64,000 bases of DNA from Gammaproteobacteria bacterium (lineage in GTDB: Bacteria > Pseudomonadota > Gammaproteobacteria > Pseudomonadales > JADFDG01). The position numbers were made by a program, and so were the translations under genes. Positions 35,649-46,225 of the stretch are shown in pieces (position 1 is the first letter of the stretch; every line of letters begins with the position of its first letter). The notes under the pieces are model-generated. The model searched no databases. It was not told the origin of the DNA and saw only the letters and a program-made list of their open reading frames with translations. The DNA is taken from positions 4,618-68,617 of the forward strand of contig JBKHWN010000159.1 of NCBI GenBank assembly GCA_046566505.1, given 5' to 3'.

Positions 35649-35803
35649 GGAACAATCCTCTTCGTGATGACGTGTGGCAAATCCGTGTTCAACGCACGAA
35701 CAGAGCATCGACCTGACCCCCGAAGGGTGTCAACGTGTCAGGGGCACGGGGAGCCTGTGGTATCGTCCGCGCTTTCCGGAAGCCGCACGTCGAGAATCCC
35801 GCC

Positions 35804-38320
35804 ATGCCACTTCGGCCGCTGACCCTGCGCGAAGCCACCCGCCACTGCCGTCCCGCCGACCTTCCGTTCCGCAGCACCAATGATCTGGCCCCACTGACCG
35901 ATTTCCTCGGCCAGGAGCGGGCGCAGGCCGCAATCCGTTTTGCGGTATCCATGGGGCAGCGTGGCTACAACGTCTATGCCGTCGGTACCGACGGTCTTGG
36001 CAAGCGCACGCTGGTGCTCCGCGCACTCGAGGAAATGGCCCGGGCGCTGCCTGCCCCGGACGACTGGTGCTACGTCAACAACTTCGACAATGCCCGTGAG
36101 CCGCGCGTACTTCGCCTGCCCGCAGGTACCGGCACCCGGCTCAAACTGGACATGGAGAAGTTGCTGACCGAGCTGGGCGAGGCGATTCCCCAGGCGTTCG
36201 ACAACGAGAAGTACTTCCAGCGCGTCGAGGCGCTCAAGACCGAACTGGTGCACGAGCAGCAGGGCATCCTGTCGGCCGTGGCCAAGGAGGCCGAGGAACG
36301 CAGCCTCAAGATGGTGCTCAACACCCCCGGTGGCTACAGCTTCGTGCCGGTTGCGGACGAGGAGATCATCGATCCGGAACGTTTCAAGAAACTGGCCGAG
36401 GCCAAGCAGGTCAAGTACAAGCAGGACATGGACGCCATGGACAGCCACCTGCGCTCGGCGTTGCGCCAGGTGGCGCAGCGCGAACAGGTCCACCGGCGCA
36501 AGGGCCGCCAGCTGAACGAGGAAACCGCCGAACTGGTGGTGACGCATCTCATCGACGAGATGATCGAGAAATACAACCATCTCGAAGCAGTGACAGCCCA
36601 CCTGAAACGGGTTCGCCAGGACCTGATCGAGAACTTCAGCGTCTTCCTGCCCAACGGTGACGATTCCGCCGACGCCTCGGCGAGCATCCTCGGCAGCAAC
36701 ACGCCACCGCGTTACCAGATCAACGTGATGGCATCCTGTGATCCGGAGAAGGGCGCGCCGGTGGTGGTCGATGACCTGCCGGCCCACAACAACCTGGTCG
36801 GCCGCATCGAGCAGGTCACCTACATGGGCACGGTGGCAACGGACTTCACGCTGATCCGGCCGGGTTCGCTGCACAAGGCCAACGGCGGCTTCCTGGTCAT
36901 CGAGGTGGAGAAACTGCTGGAGCAGCCCTTCGTCTGGGAAAGCCTCAAGCGCACGCTGCGTGCCGGCAACATCCAGGTCGATGTGCTGGAAAAGATCCTG
37001 ACCCTCTCCGGCACGATTTCGCTGGAACCCGAACCGATTCCCGCGAACGTCAAGGTGGTTTTGCTCGGCGGGCATCGCATCCTGTACCTGCTGCGCGAAT
37101 ACGATCCGGACTTCGAGGAACTGTTCCGCGTCATCGCCGATTTCGAGGACGACCTGCCGCGCACGCCGGAAAACGAACTGCTCTACGCGCGCTTCATCGC
37201 CGACATGGTCCGCCAGCAGGACCTGCTGCCGCTGGACAAGTCGGCCGTCGCCCGCACGATCGAGCTCTCCGCACGCTGGACCGAGGACCAGAACAAGTTG
37301 TCGCTGCATGCCGCCTCGTTGCAGGAAATCCTCCGCGAGGCAACGTTCTGCGCCCGTGAGGCCGGGCGGAAGCGGGCAACGGCCGGCGACATCCGGCAGG
37401 CCCGTGAACGCCAGCAGCACCGCGCCGGACGCATCCGGGACCAGTACCTGGAGACGCTGCACAAGAACCTGCTGATGATCGATGTGAAGGGCAACGAGGT
37501 CGGCCAGATCAACGGCCTGACCGTCCTGATGCTGCCGGGCTTCGAGTTCGGCATGCCGTCGCGCATCACCGCCACCACGCGTTACGGCGACGGCGAGGTG
37601 ATCGACATCGAGCGCAGCGTGCAGCTCGGCGGCAAGATCCACTCCAAGGGCGTGATGATCATGTCGGCATTCATCAGCACGCTGTTTGCCCAGGAGCGGC
37701 CGATCCCGTTGTCGGCACAGATCGTCTTCGAGCAGTCCTATTACGGTGTCGAGGGCGACAGCGCGTCGCTGGCGGAACTCTGCGCCTTGCTGTCCTCGCT
37801 GTCGGGCATCCCGATCAGCCAGTCGTTCGCGATGACCGGCTCGGTGAACCAGTTCGGCGCGGTGCAGGCCATCGGCGGCGTGAACGAGAAGGTCGAGGGT
37901 TTCTTCGACGCCTGCAGCATCCTCGATACGCACAAGGGCAAGGCGGTGATCGTGCCGAAATCCAACGTGCAGAACCTGATGCTGCGCGACGACGTACTGG
38001 CGGCGGTCAAGGCCGGCGAGTTCCGTATCTACGGCGCCGAGCATGTCGACGAGGCGGTCGAACTGCTGACCGGTGTGCCGGCGGGCAAGCCGCTGAAGCA
38101 GGGCGGCTTCACGGCCGGTTCGGTTTACGCACGGGTACTGGAGCGCATCGAGCGCCTGCGCGAACTGCACCGCGAGGAAGCGCGCCTGCGCGGACAACCG
38201 CAGAAGGCAAAGCCGGGGCGGGAAACCGGCGTGCCGGACGAGGATGGCGAGGAAGAGGCACCGGGCAGGAAACCCGGCCGGGGTGCCTTCAGGCCTGCCA
38301 GCGCTCGCCGTCGCGGCTGA
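35804..38320 (+). CDS. Lon-like ATP-dependent serine protease (COG1067/LonC-like, with a long helical insertion)
   Basis: Walker A GTDGLGKRT near the N-terminus. A Walker-B-like GGFLVIEVEKL lies about 300 aa later. The S16 catalytic block is YGVEGDSASLAELCALLS with the Lys in GGVNEKVEGFF. Start at the ATG at 35804. Confidence 0.8.
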   Translation: MPLRPLTLREATRHCRPADLPFRSTNDLAPLTDFLGQERAQAAIRFAVSMGQRGYNVYAVGTDGLGKRTLVLRALEEMARALPAPDDWCYVNNFDNAREPRVLRLPAGTGTRLKLDMEKLLTELGEAIPQAFDNEKYFQRVEALKTELVHEQQGILSAVAKEAEERSLKMVLNTPGGYSFVPVADEEIIDPERFKKLAEAKQVKYKQDMDAMDSHLRSALRQVAQREQVHRRKGRQLNEETAELVVTHLIDEMIEKYNHLEAVTAHLKRVRQDLIENFSVFLPNGDDSADASASILGSNTPPRYQINVMASCDPEKGAPVVVDDLPAHNNLVGRIEQVTYMGTVATDFTLIRPGSLHKANGGFLVIEVEKLLEQPFVWESLKRTLRAGNIQVDVLEKILTLSGTISLEPEPIPANVKVVLLGGHRILYLLREYDPDFEELFRVIADFEDDLPRTPENELLYARFIADMVRQQDLLPLDKSAVARTIELSARWTEDQNKLSLHAASLQEILREATFCAREAGRKRATAGDIRQARERQQHRAGRIRDQYLETLHKNLLMIDVKGNEVGQINGLTVLMLPGFEFGMPSRITATTRYGDGEVIDIERSVQLGGKIHSKGVMIMSAFISTLFAQERPIPLSAQIVFEQSYYGVEGDSASLAELCALLSSLSGIPISQSFAMTGSVNQFGAVQAIGGVNEKVEGFFDACSILDTHKGKAVIVPKSNVQNLMLRDDVLAAVKAGEFRIYGAEHVDEAVELLTGVPAGKPLKQGGFTAGSVYARVLERIERLRELHREEARLRGQPQKAKPGRETGVPDEDGEEEAPGRKPGRGAFRPASARRRG

Positions 38321-39128
38321 TCGTCCCGTCTTCGAGCAACTTGATCAGGTGCGCCTCCAGTGAGAGGCGCGCGATCGCGTGCATGAACGGCGGCACATCG
38401 TCGTAGACGCGTGGCAACAACTCATTGATGGTCGCCGTGCCGCGCTCGCGCAGTGCGCGCAGCGTCTTGGCCTCGCGCGCCAGGCGGTGGCGCGTGGTGG
38501 CGGCGATGACCTGTGCCGGGTCGTCCATCAGCACGCCGTGGCCCGGCGCGATCACGGCCAGCGGCAAGCGCTCCAGCCGCGCCAGCGAGGCGAGGTAGTC
38601 ACGCATCGAGCCTTCGGGCGGCACGATCACCACGGTCGAGCCCTGCATCAGGTGATCGCCGGTGAACAGCATCCGTTCCTCTTCCAGCAGGAAGCACAGG
38701 TGGTTGGACACATGCCCCGGCGTGGCGACCACGCGCAGGCGGAGGCCGTCGAGCTCCAGCACGCTGTCGTCGTCGGGAATGAAGTCTGGCTTGAAGGAGG
38801 TGTCGTTGTAGCCGTCCTCGGGCGCCGGGTTGCCGATGATGCGCGCACCGGTGCGCTCGGCCAGCACGCGGGCGCCGGGCGAGTGGTCGTCGTGGGTGTG
38901 GGTGCAGACGATGTGGCGGATCCTCCCGCCAAGCGTTTCCGCGGCGCTCATCAGGGCCCGGATGTGGGCCTCGTCGGTCGGTCCCGGGTCGAGCACGGTG
39001 ACCGCATCGCCGGCCAACAGCAGGTAGCTGTTGGTCCCCGGGCCGGTAAAGACCGACGGGTTCGGCGCGAGCAGGCGCACCACGCGGTCGGACAGCCGCA
39101 CCGGCTTGCCGGCAACCAGTTCCGACAT
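38289..39128 (-). CDS. MBL-fold metallo-hydrolase
   Basis: HxHxDH motif in VCTHTHDDHSPG. 279 aa. 32-bp convergent 3' overlap with the Lon-like gene. Confidence 0.85.
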   Translation of the reverse strand: MSELVAGKPVRLSDRVVRLLAPNPSVFTGPGTNSYLLLAGDAVTVLDPGPTDEAHIRALMSAAETLGGRIRHIVCTHTHDDHSPGARVLAERTGARIIGNPAPEDGYNDTSFKPDFIPDDDSVLELDGLRLRVVATPGHVSNHLCFLLEEERMLFTGDHLMQGSTVVIVPPEGSMRDYLASLARLERLPLAVIAPGHGVLMDDPAQVIAATTRHRLAREAKTLRALRERGTATINELLPRVYDDVPPFMHAIARLSLEAHLIKLLEDGTISRDGERWQA

Positions 39129-39129
39129 C

Positions 39130-39870
39130 TCAGGCTTCCTCGTAGCCGGCGTCGCCCGGCAGCAGCATGCGCAGGCCGTTGGCGGTGTTCTGCATCTTCG
39201 GCAGGTTCGCCGGCACGGCGCGGGGCCGGTGCGTGAGGTTGAGCAAGGCGTCGGTGCTGTCGAAGGCGGACAGTGCTTCCAGGTTGCGGATGGTCGGGAA
39301 GATCAGCCGGATATCACCGCACCGGTGAGCCTCCAGGGCATCGACCGGCCGCAACCAGTCGGCGGCCACCGCTTCATGGCCATCGATCTGCACCGACTGC
39401 CCCTCGGGCATCCGGGCCACGAAAAACCGCGTGTCATAACGACGTGGTACGCCGAGCGGGGTGATCCAGTGGCTGAAGTAGCCGAGTTCGTCGGTCGCCA
39501 GCGACGGCAGATGTTCACGGGACAGGTCAGCCAGGCTGTGCTCGCGTGCGTTCAGCGCCAACTGCCACTGCCGCAGCAGGTCACCGTCGCCGTTTGCCAG
39601 GCCCGGCAGCACGCCCACCTCTTCCAGGCATTCGCGCAGCGCCGCGACAAACCAGGGCAGCGCATCGCCGGTCCCGAGCAGGGCCTCGGCCGAGGCCGCA
39701 TCGCGCCGGGAACGGGCGAGCAGGGCGGGATGGCTGTCGACGGCATCGACCAGCCCGCCGGGAAACACATGCAACCCGGGAAAGTCCCCGCTGCTGTTTC
39801 GTTTGACCAGCAGCACCTCGGGGCCGGTGGACCCGTCGCGAACCAGCAGCAGCGTGGCAGCGGCGCGCAT
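39130..39870 (-). CDS. NUDIX hydrolase
   Basis: Start at the ATG at 39870 (MRAAATLLLVRDG), an ATGA overlap with the upstream stop. Nudix-box-like PGGLVD...ALRECLEEVGVL. Confidence 0.7.
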   Translation of the reverse strand: MRAAATLLLVRDGSTGPEVLLVKRNSSGDFPGLHVFPGGLVDAVDSHPALLARSRRDAASAEALLGTGDALPWFVAALRECLEEVGVLPGLANGDGDLLRQWQLALNAREHSLADLSREHLPSLATDELGYFSHWITPLGVPRRYDTRFFVARMPEGQSVQIDGHEAVAADWLRPVDALEAHRCGDIRLIFPTIRNLEALSAFDSTDALLNLTHRPRAVPANLPKMQNTANGLRMLLPGDAGYEEA

Positions 39871-41003
39871 CAGGCGGTTTCGGCGAAACGGCGCAGGTGG
39901 AAGTCCTCGTTGCCGAACATCACGTCGATGGCGGTCAGGCGCTTGAACGCATGGCCGACCACGAACTCGTCGGTCATGCCCATGCCGCCGTGCAACTGCA
40001 CCGACTGCTGGCCAATGTAGCGCCCGGCCTTGCCGCAATAGGCCTTCAGGGCGCTGACGGCCCGGCGGGCGACGACCGGGTCGTCCTCGGCGAGGCGGAT
40101 CACCGCCATCAGCAGCAACGAACGTGCCTGCTCGTGCTGGATGAACATGTCGGCCATGCGGTGTTGCAGCACCTGGAAGGAGGCGATGGGCACGCCGAAC
40201 TGCTTGCGCGTCCGGGTGTACTCGACCGTGCCCTTGTACAGCGTCTCCATGATGCCGATCGCCTCGGCGCAGAGCGCGACCGTCGCTTCGTCGATCACCG
40301 TCTCCAGCACGGCAAGGCCGCCGCCGGCCTCGCCGAGCAGGGCGTCATCGGCGACATGAACATCGTTCAGCGCGAGTTCGGCGGCACGGAAGCCGTCGAA
40401 CGTCCGGAACGGTCGCCGGGAAAGGCCTTCTGCATGGCCGTCAACCACGAACAGGCTGATGCCGCCCGCATCGCGCGTACCACCGCCGGTACGGGCAACA
40501 ACCACGAAGGTGTCGGCGACGTCACCGTTCAGGACGAGGGCCTTCTCGCCGGCCAGCCGCCAGCCGCTGCCATCGCGTACGGCACGGGCCTCGACCGCGT
40601 TCAACGCAGCCCGGCTGCCCGGCTCGGTATGGGCCATGGCGAACTGGCGGGAGCCGTCGATCAGTCCCGGCAGCAAGGCTGCGCGCTGCGCCGGGCGGCC
40701 GGCACGCCGGATGATGTTCCCCGCCAGCATCACGTTGGCGAGGTAGGGCTCGACCACCAACCCGTGCCCGAACGACTCGGTCAGCAGCGTGACGTCCAGC
40801 AGCGAGCCGCCGAGCCCGCCGTCTTCCTCGGCAAAGGGCAGCGCCAGCCAGCCGAGTTCCGCCATCTGCGCCCAGTTCGCCGGGTCGAAACCGCCGTACT
40901 CCTTCAACTGGCGGCGACGGCGCTCGAAAACGTAGGTGTCCTGGACCCACTTGCGCACGCTGTCGCGCAGCAGGTTCTGCTCTTCGGTGTAGCTGAAATC
41001 CAT
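39870..41003 (-). CDS. Acyl-CoA dehydrogenase
   Basis: Start at the ATG at 41003 (MDFSYTEEQNLLRDSVRKW). 377 aa. C-terminal ...QLHGGMGMTDEF... is an ACAD signature. Confidence 0.9.
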   Translation of the reverse strand: MDFSYTEEQNLLRDSVRKWVQDTYVFERRRRQLKEYGGFDPANWAQMAELGWLALPFAEEDGGLGGSLLDVTLLTESFGHGLVVEPYLANVMLAGNIIRRAGRPAQRAALLPGLIDGSRQFAMAHTEPGSRAALNAVEARAVRDGSGWRLAGEKALVLNGDVADTFVVVARTGGGTRDAGGISLFVVDGHAEGLSRRPFRTFDGFRAAELALNDVHVADDALLGEAGGGLAVLETVIDEATVALCAEAIGIMETLYKGTVEYTRTRKQFGVPIASFQVLQHRMADMFIQHEQARSLLLMAVIRLAEDDPVVARRAVSALKAYCGKAGRYIGQQSVQLHGGMGMTDEFVVGHAFKRLTAIDVMFGNEDFHLRRFAETA

Positions 41004-41194
41004 GAGGGGTTCCCGGTTGAACCTGGTGTAGGAGCACGACTGCCGGGACGGGCTGCCCAGGCGGCGCACTGCGCAAGCCGTTTTGTAGCGCGTTGCGGCA
41101 ACGCCGGGCAATGACGCTTTCGATCAGCCGGCAGGCGTCGGCGGCAAGGTTGGCGTTTGCGACGCGATATTCAGCGGACAAGCCGCCGGCGATG

Positions 41195-41686
41195 TCAGCG
41201 GATGACCGCCTCGTAAACCTGCGGTGCGCCGGTCTCGACCCGCCACTTCAGCGCCGCACTGGCGGGGCGACGGGAGACAGGAAAAACCCGGACAAAATCC
41301 CGGGCCTCTCCGGGCGGAATCGACACCAGGAGGGTGTCCGCCAGGTCGTGCTGCAGGCGACAGTCGTCGCCACTGCAATCCTCCACCAGCAGGCGCAGCG
41401 GAACGGCGGTGATCGCCTGGGTGCTGCTGCGGTTGACGAGGCGGCCCGTCAGGCGGTAACTGCCAGCCACCTCTTCCAGTGCCGATGTCTCCAGGACAAC
41501 CAATGACGGGTCGCCCTGCTTGCTGCCACCTGCGCCCACCCACAGCACATAGCCGGCCACCGCGGCCGCGACGAGAACCGTCGCCAGCAGGGCCGGAACG
41601 AAGTAGCGGCGCTTCTCCCGGTAGACGACGACCAGTGTCCCGCCAACGATCAGGGCGGCGAGGGTGGCAACGAGAAAGGGGGTCAT
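41195..41686 (-). CDS. Hypothetical membrane-anchored protein
   Basis: 163 aa. Two N-terminal hydrophobic helices, then a soluble domain. Confidence 0.5.
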   Translation of the reverse strand: MTPFLVATLAALIVGGTLVVVYREKRRYFVPALLATVLVAAAVAGYVLWVGAGGSKQGDPSLVVLETSALEEVAGSYRLTGRLVNRSSTQAITAVPLRLLVEDCSGDDCRLQHDLADTLLVSIPPGEARDFVRVFPVSRRPASAALKWRVETGAPQVYEAVIR

Positions 41687-42008
41687 CAGGCGCTCCGGAC
41701 AGGCAGGGGCAGCACTTTAGGGAGCCAGGGGAAGTGCTGTCCAGCATTCATCCGGACAGCCCCCGGGGGTATCCCGGCGGCCTTTGCCATAACAAGAATT
41801 AACCTTAAATAATCTACTTATCTTAATGATATATATAACAATCTAAGATCGGGATGGTCGCAACCACAAGGCATCCTCACTTTTTGCTATCCTCCCGCAC
41901 CCGGCAGAACCGGCCGGTCACTGATCGCCGGCCACAGGCCGCCGGAAAACTTCCACCCCGGGGTGCCGGCCTGCAGGCACCCCGTCGTCCTTCTCCCCGG
42001 AGCCCACC

Positions 42009-42869
42009 ATGAACCTTGCGACCGTAAAGACCTGCGTCGCCGACGGCGTGATGACCGTCACCCTGAACCGCCCGGAAAAACTGAACGCCTTCACCGTGAC
42101 GATGTTCCAGGACCTGATGCAGGTCGCCGACCGGATCGACCAGGACGACGAGGTCAGGGTGGCCATCTTCACCGGCGAGGGCCGCGCGTTCTGCGCCGGT
42201 GCCGACCTCGCCTCTGGCGAGAACACCTTCAACTACGACGCGGGCGGCGGCGAGATCGACTGGAACCGGGTGCGCGACATCGGGGGCATCCTCAACCTGC
42301 GCCTGTTCCGCTCGCGCAAGCCGTTGATCGCCGCCATCAACGGGCCGGCAGTAGGCGTGGGTGCCACCATGACACTGCCGATGGACATCCGGCTGGCTGC
42401 CGACAACGCGAAGATGGGTTTTGTCTTCGTCCGCCGCGGCATCGTGCCGGACGGCGCTGCCAGCTGGCTACTTCCGAAAGTGGTCGGACTGCCGCAGGCT
42501 CTGGAGTGGACGCTCAGCGGCCGGGTCTTCGACGCCAATGAGGCGCTCAACGGTGGACTGGTGCGGTCGCTGCACAAGCCCGAAGACCTGATGCCGACGG
42601 CCATGTCGCTGGCCCGGGAAATCGCCGACAACACCTCCGCCATCTCGGTGGCGCTGGCCCGCCAGCTGCTGTGGAACACGTCAGGCAAGGATCACCCGGT
42701 CTACGCCAACATGTATGAATCGCGAGGGCTGTACCACGCGGGACGCTCGCCGGACGCCATGGAAGGCGTGATGTCGTTCCTGCAGAAGCGCGCACCGAAA
42801 TACCCCGGCAAGGTCAGCACCGACATGCCGCCAGGTTTCCCCTGGTGGGACGAGCCGGAGTACCGCTGA
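42009..42869 (+). CDS. Enoyl-CoA hydratase/crotonase family protein
   Basis: ...RPEKLNAFT...AIFTGEGRAFCAGADL... GGAG Shine-Dalgarno. Confidence 0.85.
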   Translation: MNLATVKTCVADGVMTVTLNRPEKLNAFTVTMFQDLMQVADRIDQDDEVRVAIFTGEGRAFCAGADLASGENTFNYDAGGGEIDWNRVRDIGGILNLRLFRSRKPLIAAINGPAVGVGATMTLPMDIRLAADNAKMGFVFVRRGIVPDGAASWLLPKVVGLPQALEWTLSGRVFDANEALNGGLVRSLHKPEDLMPTAMSLAREIADNTSAISVALARQLLWNTSGKDHPVYANMYESRGLYHAGRSPDAMEGVMSFLQKRAPKYPGKVSTDMPPGFPWWDEPEYR

Positions 42870-42972
42870 ATCCCTGCGCACCAACGGGCTCGGTGCCGTG
42901 CAGCGGACCTGTCGGCATCGCACGCCTTCGGCTAGCATGGCCGGGCTTTCCCTGTTGCCATGGAACCCGGTC

Positions 42973-44154
42973 ATGCTGCTGCGCCCCCTGATCTTTTCCG
43001 CATCCCTGTTGTTGCTCGCTGCCACGAACGCGGTCGCCGCCGAACCGGAGATGTCCCTGAATGAGGACATGACGGAAATCGGCGCCCTGATGTCCAACCT
43101 GCTCAACGAGAAGGTGCTGGCAGACCCGAAAGCAACCATCACGCGGCTGGACAAGCTGGGCGAGCGCTTCGTCAGCATGGCGCCGCATGCCGAGGGCAGG
43201 GGACCTGCGTTCCGGATCACCTGGCAGACCATGCTTGAACAGATCGACCGGACGCGGGAAGCCGTCGACCGCGGCACGGCCAGCAAGGACTCCCTGCGCA
43301 ACCTGGTGCACGGCATCGCCACCGCCTGCGCCGGCTGCCACACGCAAGACGACCGGGCCCAGGCCCTGAGTTTCGGCAAGCTGTCGGTGGCTACGGACGA
43401 TCCGCTGCAGCAGGCCCGTTTCCACTACATCACCCGTGACTACGCGGCAGCACTCAAGCTGTACGACGCCTTCCTCGACAGCCGTCCACGCCTGGCCTAT
43501 GACGGAGGCGTGCTGGACGCGCTGGAAGGCGAGTTGACGATCTTTGCCCAGATCTACCGCGACCCGGAGCGGGGCGTCCGCCATTTCCGCAAGCGCCTGG
43601 AGCAGGGCGGCGGTTCCATGTCCAAGCAGGTGCGCAAGGACATCGAGGCCTGGATCAGGGGCTTCGACGAGGTCCGCAGGGCAAAACTCAAGGCGTTCGA
43701 GCCATCCTGGGAACAACTCGAGAGTTATGCCGGGCGCTATGTGCTGCCGCACGAGGGCGTGCCCATTGTCAGCGAGGAGAAGGAAAAGGTTGCCTACCTC
43801 TGGATGCGCGGGCTGCTGCACGAGTACGTGCAGACGCACCCGGCAGACCCGAACATGCCGCAACTGCTGTACTGGCTGGCAATCGTCGATCGGATGCTCG
43901 ACTACAACCTGTACTACTCGCTGGCAGACCTCTACCTCAAGGAGTGCATCACCCGCTACCCGGCGACCGATACGGCAGAGCGCTGCTACACCGAGTACCG
44001 ACGCTATGTGGAGTTCGCCTACAGCGGATCCGGCGGGGAAAACGTGCCCGCAGATGTCGTCGATGAGTTGGCGCGGCTGTACAAGCTGATCGAGTCGGCA
44101 AGGGCGCCAGCGAGTGGCGAGGAAATACCGGACAACGCAGCGCCCACCCCATAA
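42973..44154 (+). CDS. Periplasmic protein with a single CxxCH haem-c motif
   Basis: Start at the ATG at 42973 gives a signal peptide (MLLRPLIFSASLLLLAATNAVAA). CAGCH motif. Helical, TPR-like remainder. Confidence 0.5.
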   Translation: MLLRPLIFSASLLLLAATNAVAAEPEMSLNEDMTEIGALMSNLLNEKVLADPKATITRLDKLGERFVSMAPHAEGRGPAFRITWQTMLEQIDRTREAVDRGTASKDSLRNLVHGIATACAGCHTQDDRAQALSFGKLSVATDDPLQQARFHYITRDYAAALKLYDAFLDSRPRLAYDGGVLDALEGELTIFAQIYRDPERGVRHFRKRLEQGGGSMSKQVRKDIEAWIRGFDEVRRAKLKAFEPSWEQLESYAGRYVLPHEGVPIVSEEKEKVAYLWMRGLLHEYVQTHPADPNMPQLLYWLAIVDRMLDYNLYYSLADLYLKECITRYPATDTAERCYTEYRRYVEFAYSGSGGENVPADVVDELARLYKLIESARAPASGEEIPDNAAPTP

Positions 44155-44208
44155 AAAGCGGCGGAAAACCGGGGCAGAAAGACCGGCAGCAATAGCCGGA
44201 AGTGGCAA

Positions 44209-45360
44209 CTAGAGGCGATCGAGAAACCGCTCGATCGCCTGCCCGCCGTTGGCAAGACCCTCCTCGAGCCTGCTGATCACCGGCAGGCGGCCGGCCCAGT
44301 CTTCCGGTTCGATGCGGACGCTGCACAGGATGTCCTTTTCCAGCATCGCGGCCACCTCGCGCGCAAAGACCGCATCCTGCACTTCCTGGTTGGCCTCAAG
44401 GTTCCAGCGCAGGTTCCAGCGATCGAAATTGCAGGAACCGATCGAACACCAGTCGTCGACGAGCAGCGTCTTGCTGTGAATGAAGCGCGGCTGGTACTCG
44501 TGGATATGTATGCCGTGGCGCAGCAGGCCTGCGTAGTAATGATGGCTCGCCATGCGCAGCAGCGGGTGGTCCGTATGCGAGCCCGGCAGTATCAGGCGCA
44601 CCTCGACGCCGCGCCGGGCCGCGCGGGCCAGTTCGCGACGCATGCGCATGGACGGCAGGAAGTAGGGCGTCGACAGCCAGACCCGCCGACGGGCAACCCG
44701 TATCGCGTCGAGCGCGTGATGCTGCACGTCCTGGACGTTGAGGCCGTGGGCGATGGCGACGCGCCCGGCCTGGGTGCCACCGGCAACAGCCTCCCGCGCG
44801 CTGGCCACCCTGAACGCAGGGTTCCCGCCGCCCGTCCACACCTGTGCGAACAGGCGCGCCCAGTCGCCGACGACGGGGCCGCGGATATCCAGCATTGTTT
44901 CCCGCCAGTAGCTGTCCGGGCTGGCTTCCGGGGAGAACTCATCGGTGATGCCGGTGCCGCCGACAAAGGCCCGCTTACCGTCGATGACCAGCAATTTGCG
45001 GTGATCACGCGCCAGGTTGCGCACCCGGTCACCGAGCACCTGCAGCGGGTTGTAGACGTGCAGTTTTACGCCAGCCCGGGACAGGGTTTCCCGGTCCGGC
45101 GAGGACAATGCCAGGGACCCGAACGCGTCGATGATGACGCGCACATCCACGCCCCGGGACGCCGCAGCGCCCAGCGCGGAAACAAACCGGTCCGCCACGC
45201 GGCCGCTTTCGAAGAGATAGAGTTCCAGGAGTATCTGGCGTCTGGCCGATGCAATGGCGCCCAGCATTTCCGGGAAGAACTGGTCACCGTTAGCCAGCAG
45301 CCGGAAATGGTTTTTTCTGCGCCAGTGAAGTTCAGGCAGGTTGGGGCGGCGGCGCGCCAT
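44209..45360 (-). CDS. Phospholipase D family protein (ClsB-like cardiolipin synthase)
   Basis: Two HKD motifs: HRKLLVIDGKRAFVGGTGITD and HSKTLLVDDWCSIGSCNFD. Confidence 0.85.
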   Translation of the reverse strand: MARRRPNLPELHWRRKNHFRLLANGDQFFPEMLGAIASARRQILLELYLFESGRVADRFVSALGAAASRGVDVRVIIDAFGSLALSSPDRETLSRAGVKLHVYNPLQVLGDRVRNLARDHRKLLVIDGKRAFVGGTGITDEFSPEASPDSYWRETMLDIRGPVVGDWARLFAQVWTGGGNPAFRVASAREAVAGGTQAGRVAIAHGLNVQDVQHHALDAIRVARRRVWLSTPYFLPSMRMRRELARAARRGVEVRLILPGSHTDHPLLRMASHHYYAGLLRHGIHIHEYQPRFIHSKTLLVDDWCSIGSCNFDRWNLRWNLEANQEVQDAVFAREVAAMLEKDILCSVRIEPEDWAGRLPVISRLEEGLANGGQAIERFLDRL

Positions 45361-45381
45361 TGTCCGCTGTCCGCTCCGGGA

Positions 45382-46146
45382 TCAGCCGGCCCGGATCTGC
45401 ACGGTCTGCGAATCCTGGACGTTGGCCATTTCGCACAAGACCTGTCTTTTGACGACCTCGATTTCCTTGCCGTTCACGGCAAGGACGCCGCTCTGTTGCA
45501 GGCGGGTGAAGATGCGGCTGACCGTCTCGACCGCCAGCCCCAGGTAATTACCGATGTCATTGCGGGACATCGGCAGGCGGAAGCAACTGGGTGACAGCCC
45601 CCGGCGCGAATAACGCGCCGAGAGATTCAGGATGAACGAGGCAACGCGCTCGTCCGCCGGTTTCTTGGTCAGCAGCAGCATCAGTTGCTGGTCGGACTGG
45701 ATTTCCCGGCTCATCAACTGGAAGAAGTGCCGCTGCAACGACGGTATCCGGGTCGAGAGCGACTCCAGTTTGTCGAAGGGGATCTCGCAGACCGCCGCGG
45801 ACTCCAGCGCCTTTGCGGCATTGCTGTGCACGTTGGTGCTCAGGCCGTCCATGCCGAGGATCTCGCCCGGCAGGTAGAACCCCGTGACCTGTTCTTCGCC
45901 TTCCTCGGTCAGGGTATAGGTCTTGAATGCCCCGCTGCGCACGGCATAGACCGACATGAAGGAATCGCCCGGCCCGAAGATGTGCTCGCCTTTGCGCAGG
46001 GGCCGCGAGCGCTTGATGATGTTGTCGAGTTCCTCGACCTCATCGGTACGAACAGCCAGCGGCAGGCAGACCGGATTGAGCGTGCAATCCGTGCAGGTGA
46101 CGTGGGGCATGCCCTGGGTGTGGTCGTTGCATCCCGAAAACGGCAT
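45382..46146 (-). CDS. fnr: FNR/Anr-type oxygen-sensing Crp-family regulator
   Basis: Start at the ATG at 46146 after AAGGGGG. N-terminal Cys cluster C-x11-C-x2-C-x5-C plus a mid-protein Cys. cNMP-binding fold. C-terminal HTH RNDIGNYLGLAVETVSRIF. Confidence 0.9.
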   Translation of the reverse strand: MPFSGCNDHTQGMPHVTCTDCTLNPVCLPLAVRTDEVEELDNIIKRSRPLRKGEHIFGPGDSFMSVYAVRSGAFKTYTLTEEGEEQVTGFYLPGEILGMDGLSTNVHSNAAKALESAAVCEIPFDKLESLSTRIPSLQRHFFQLMSREIQSDQQLMLLLTKKPADERVASFILNLSARYSRRGLSPSCFRLPMSRNDIGNYLGLAVETVSRIFTRLQQSGVLAVNGKEIEVVKRQVLCEMANVQDSQTVQIRAG

Positions 46147-46225
46147 CTCAGCCCCCTTTCTGCGCCTTGCAGTGGAGGGCAAGTCTACACGGGGGGAAAG
46201 ATCAGACCAAGGCCGGGCGGGGGAA

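Noticed and set aside
35738-38197. 819-aa minus-strand ORF covering the Lon-like protease gene
   Set aside because: It is the antisense shadow of a well-supported plus-strand gene (Walker A and GDSAS protease motifs). The product is Arg/Gly/Ala/Leu/Gln-rich with no motifs. Long antisense frames like this are typical in high-GC DNA.
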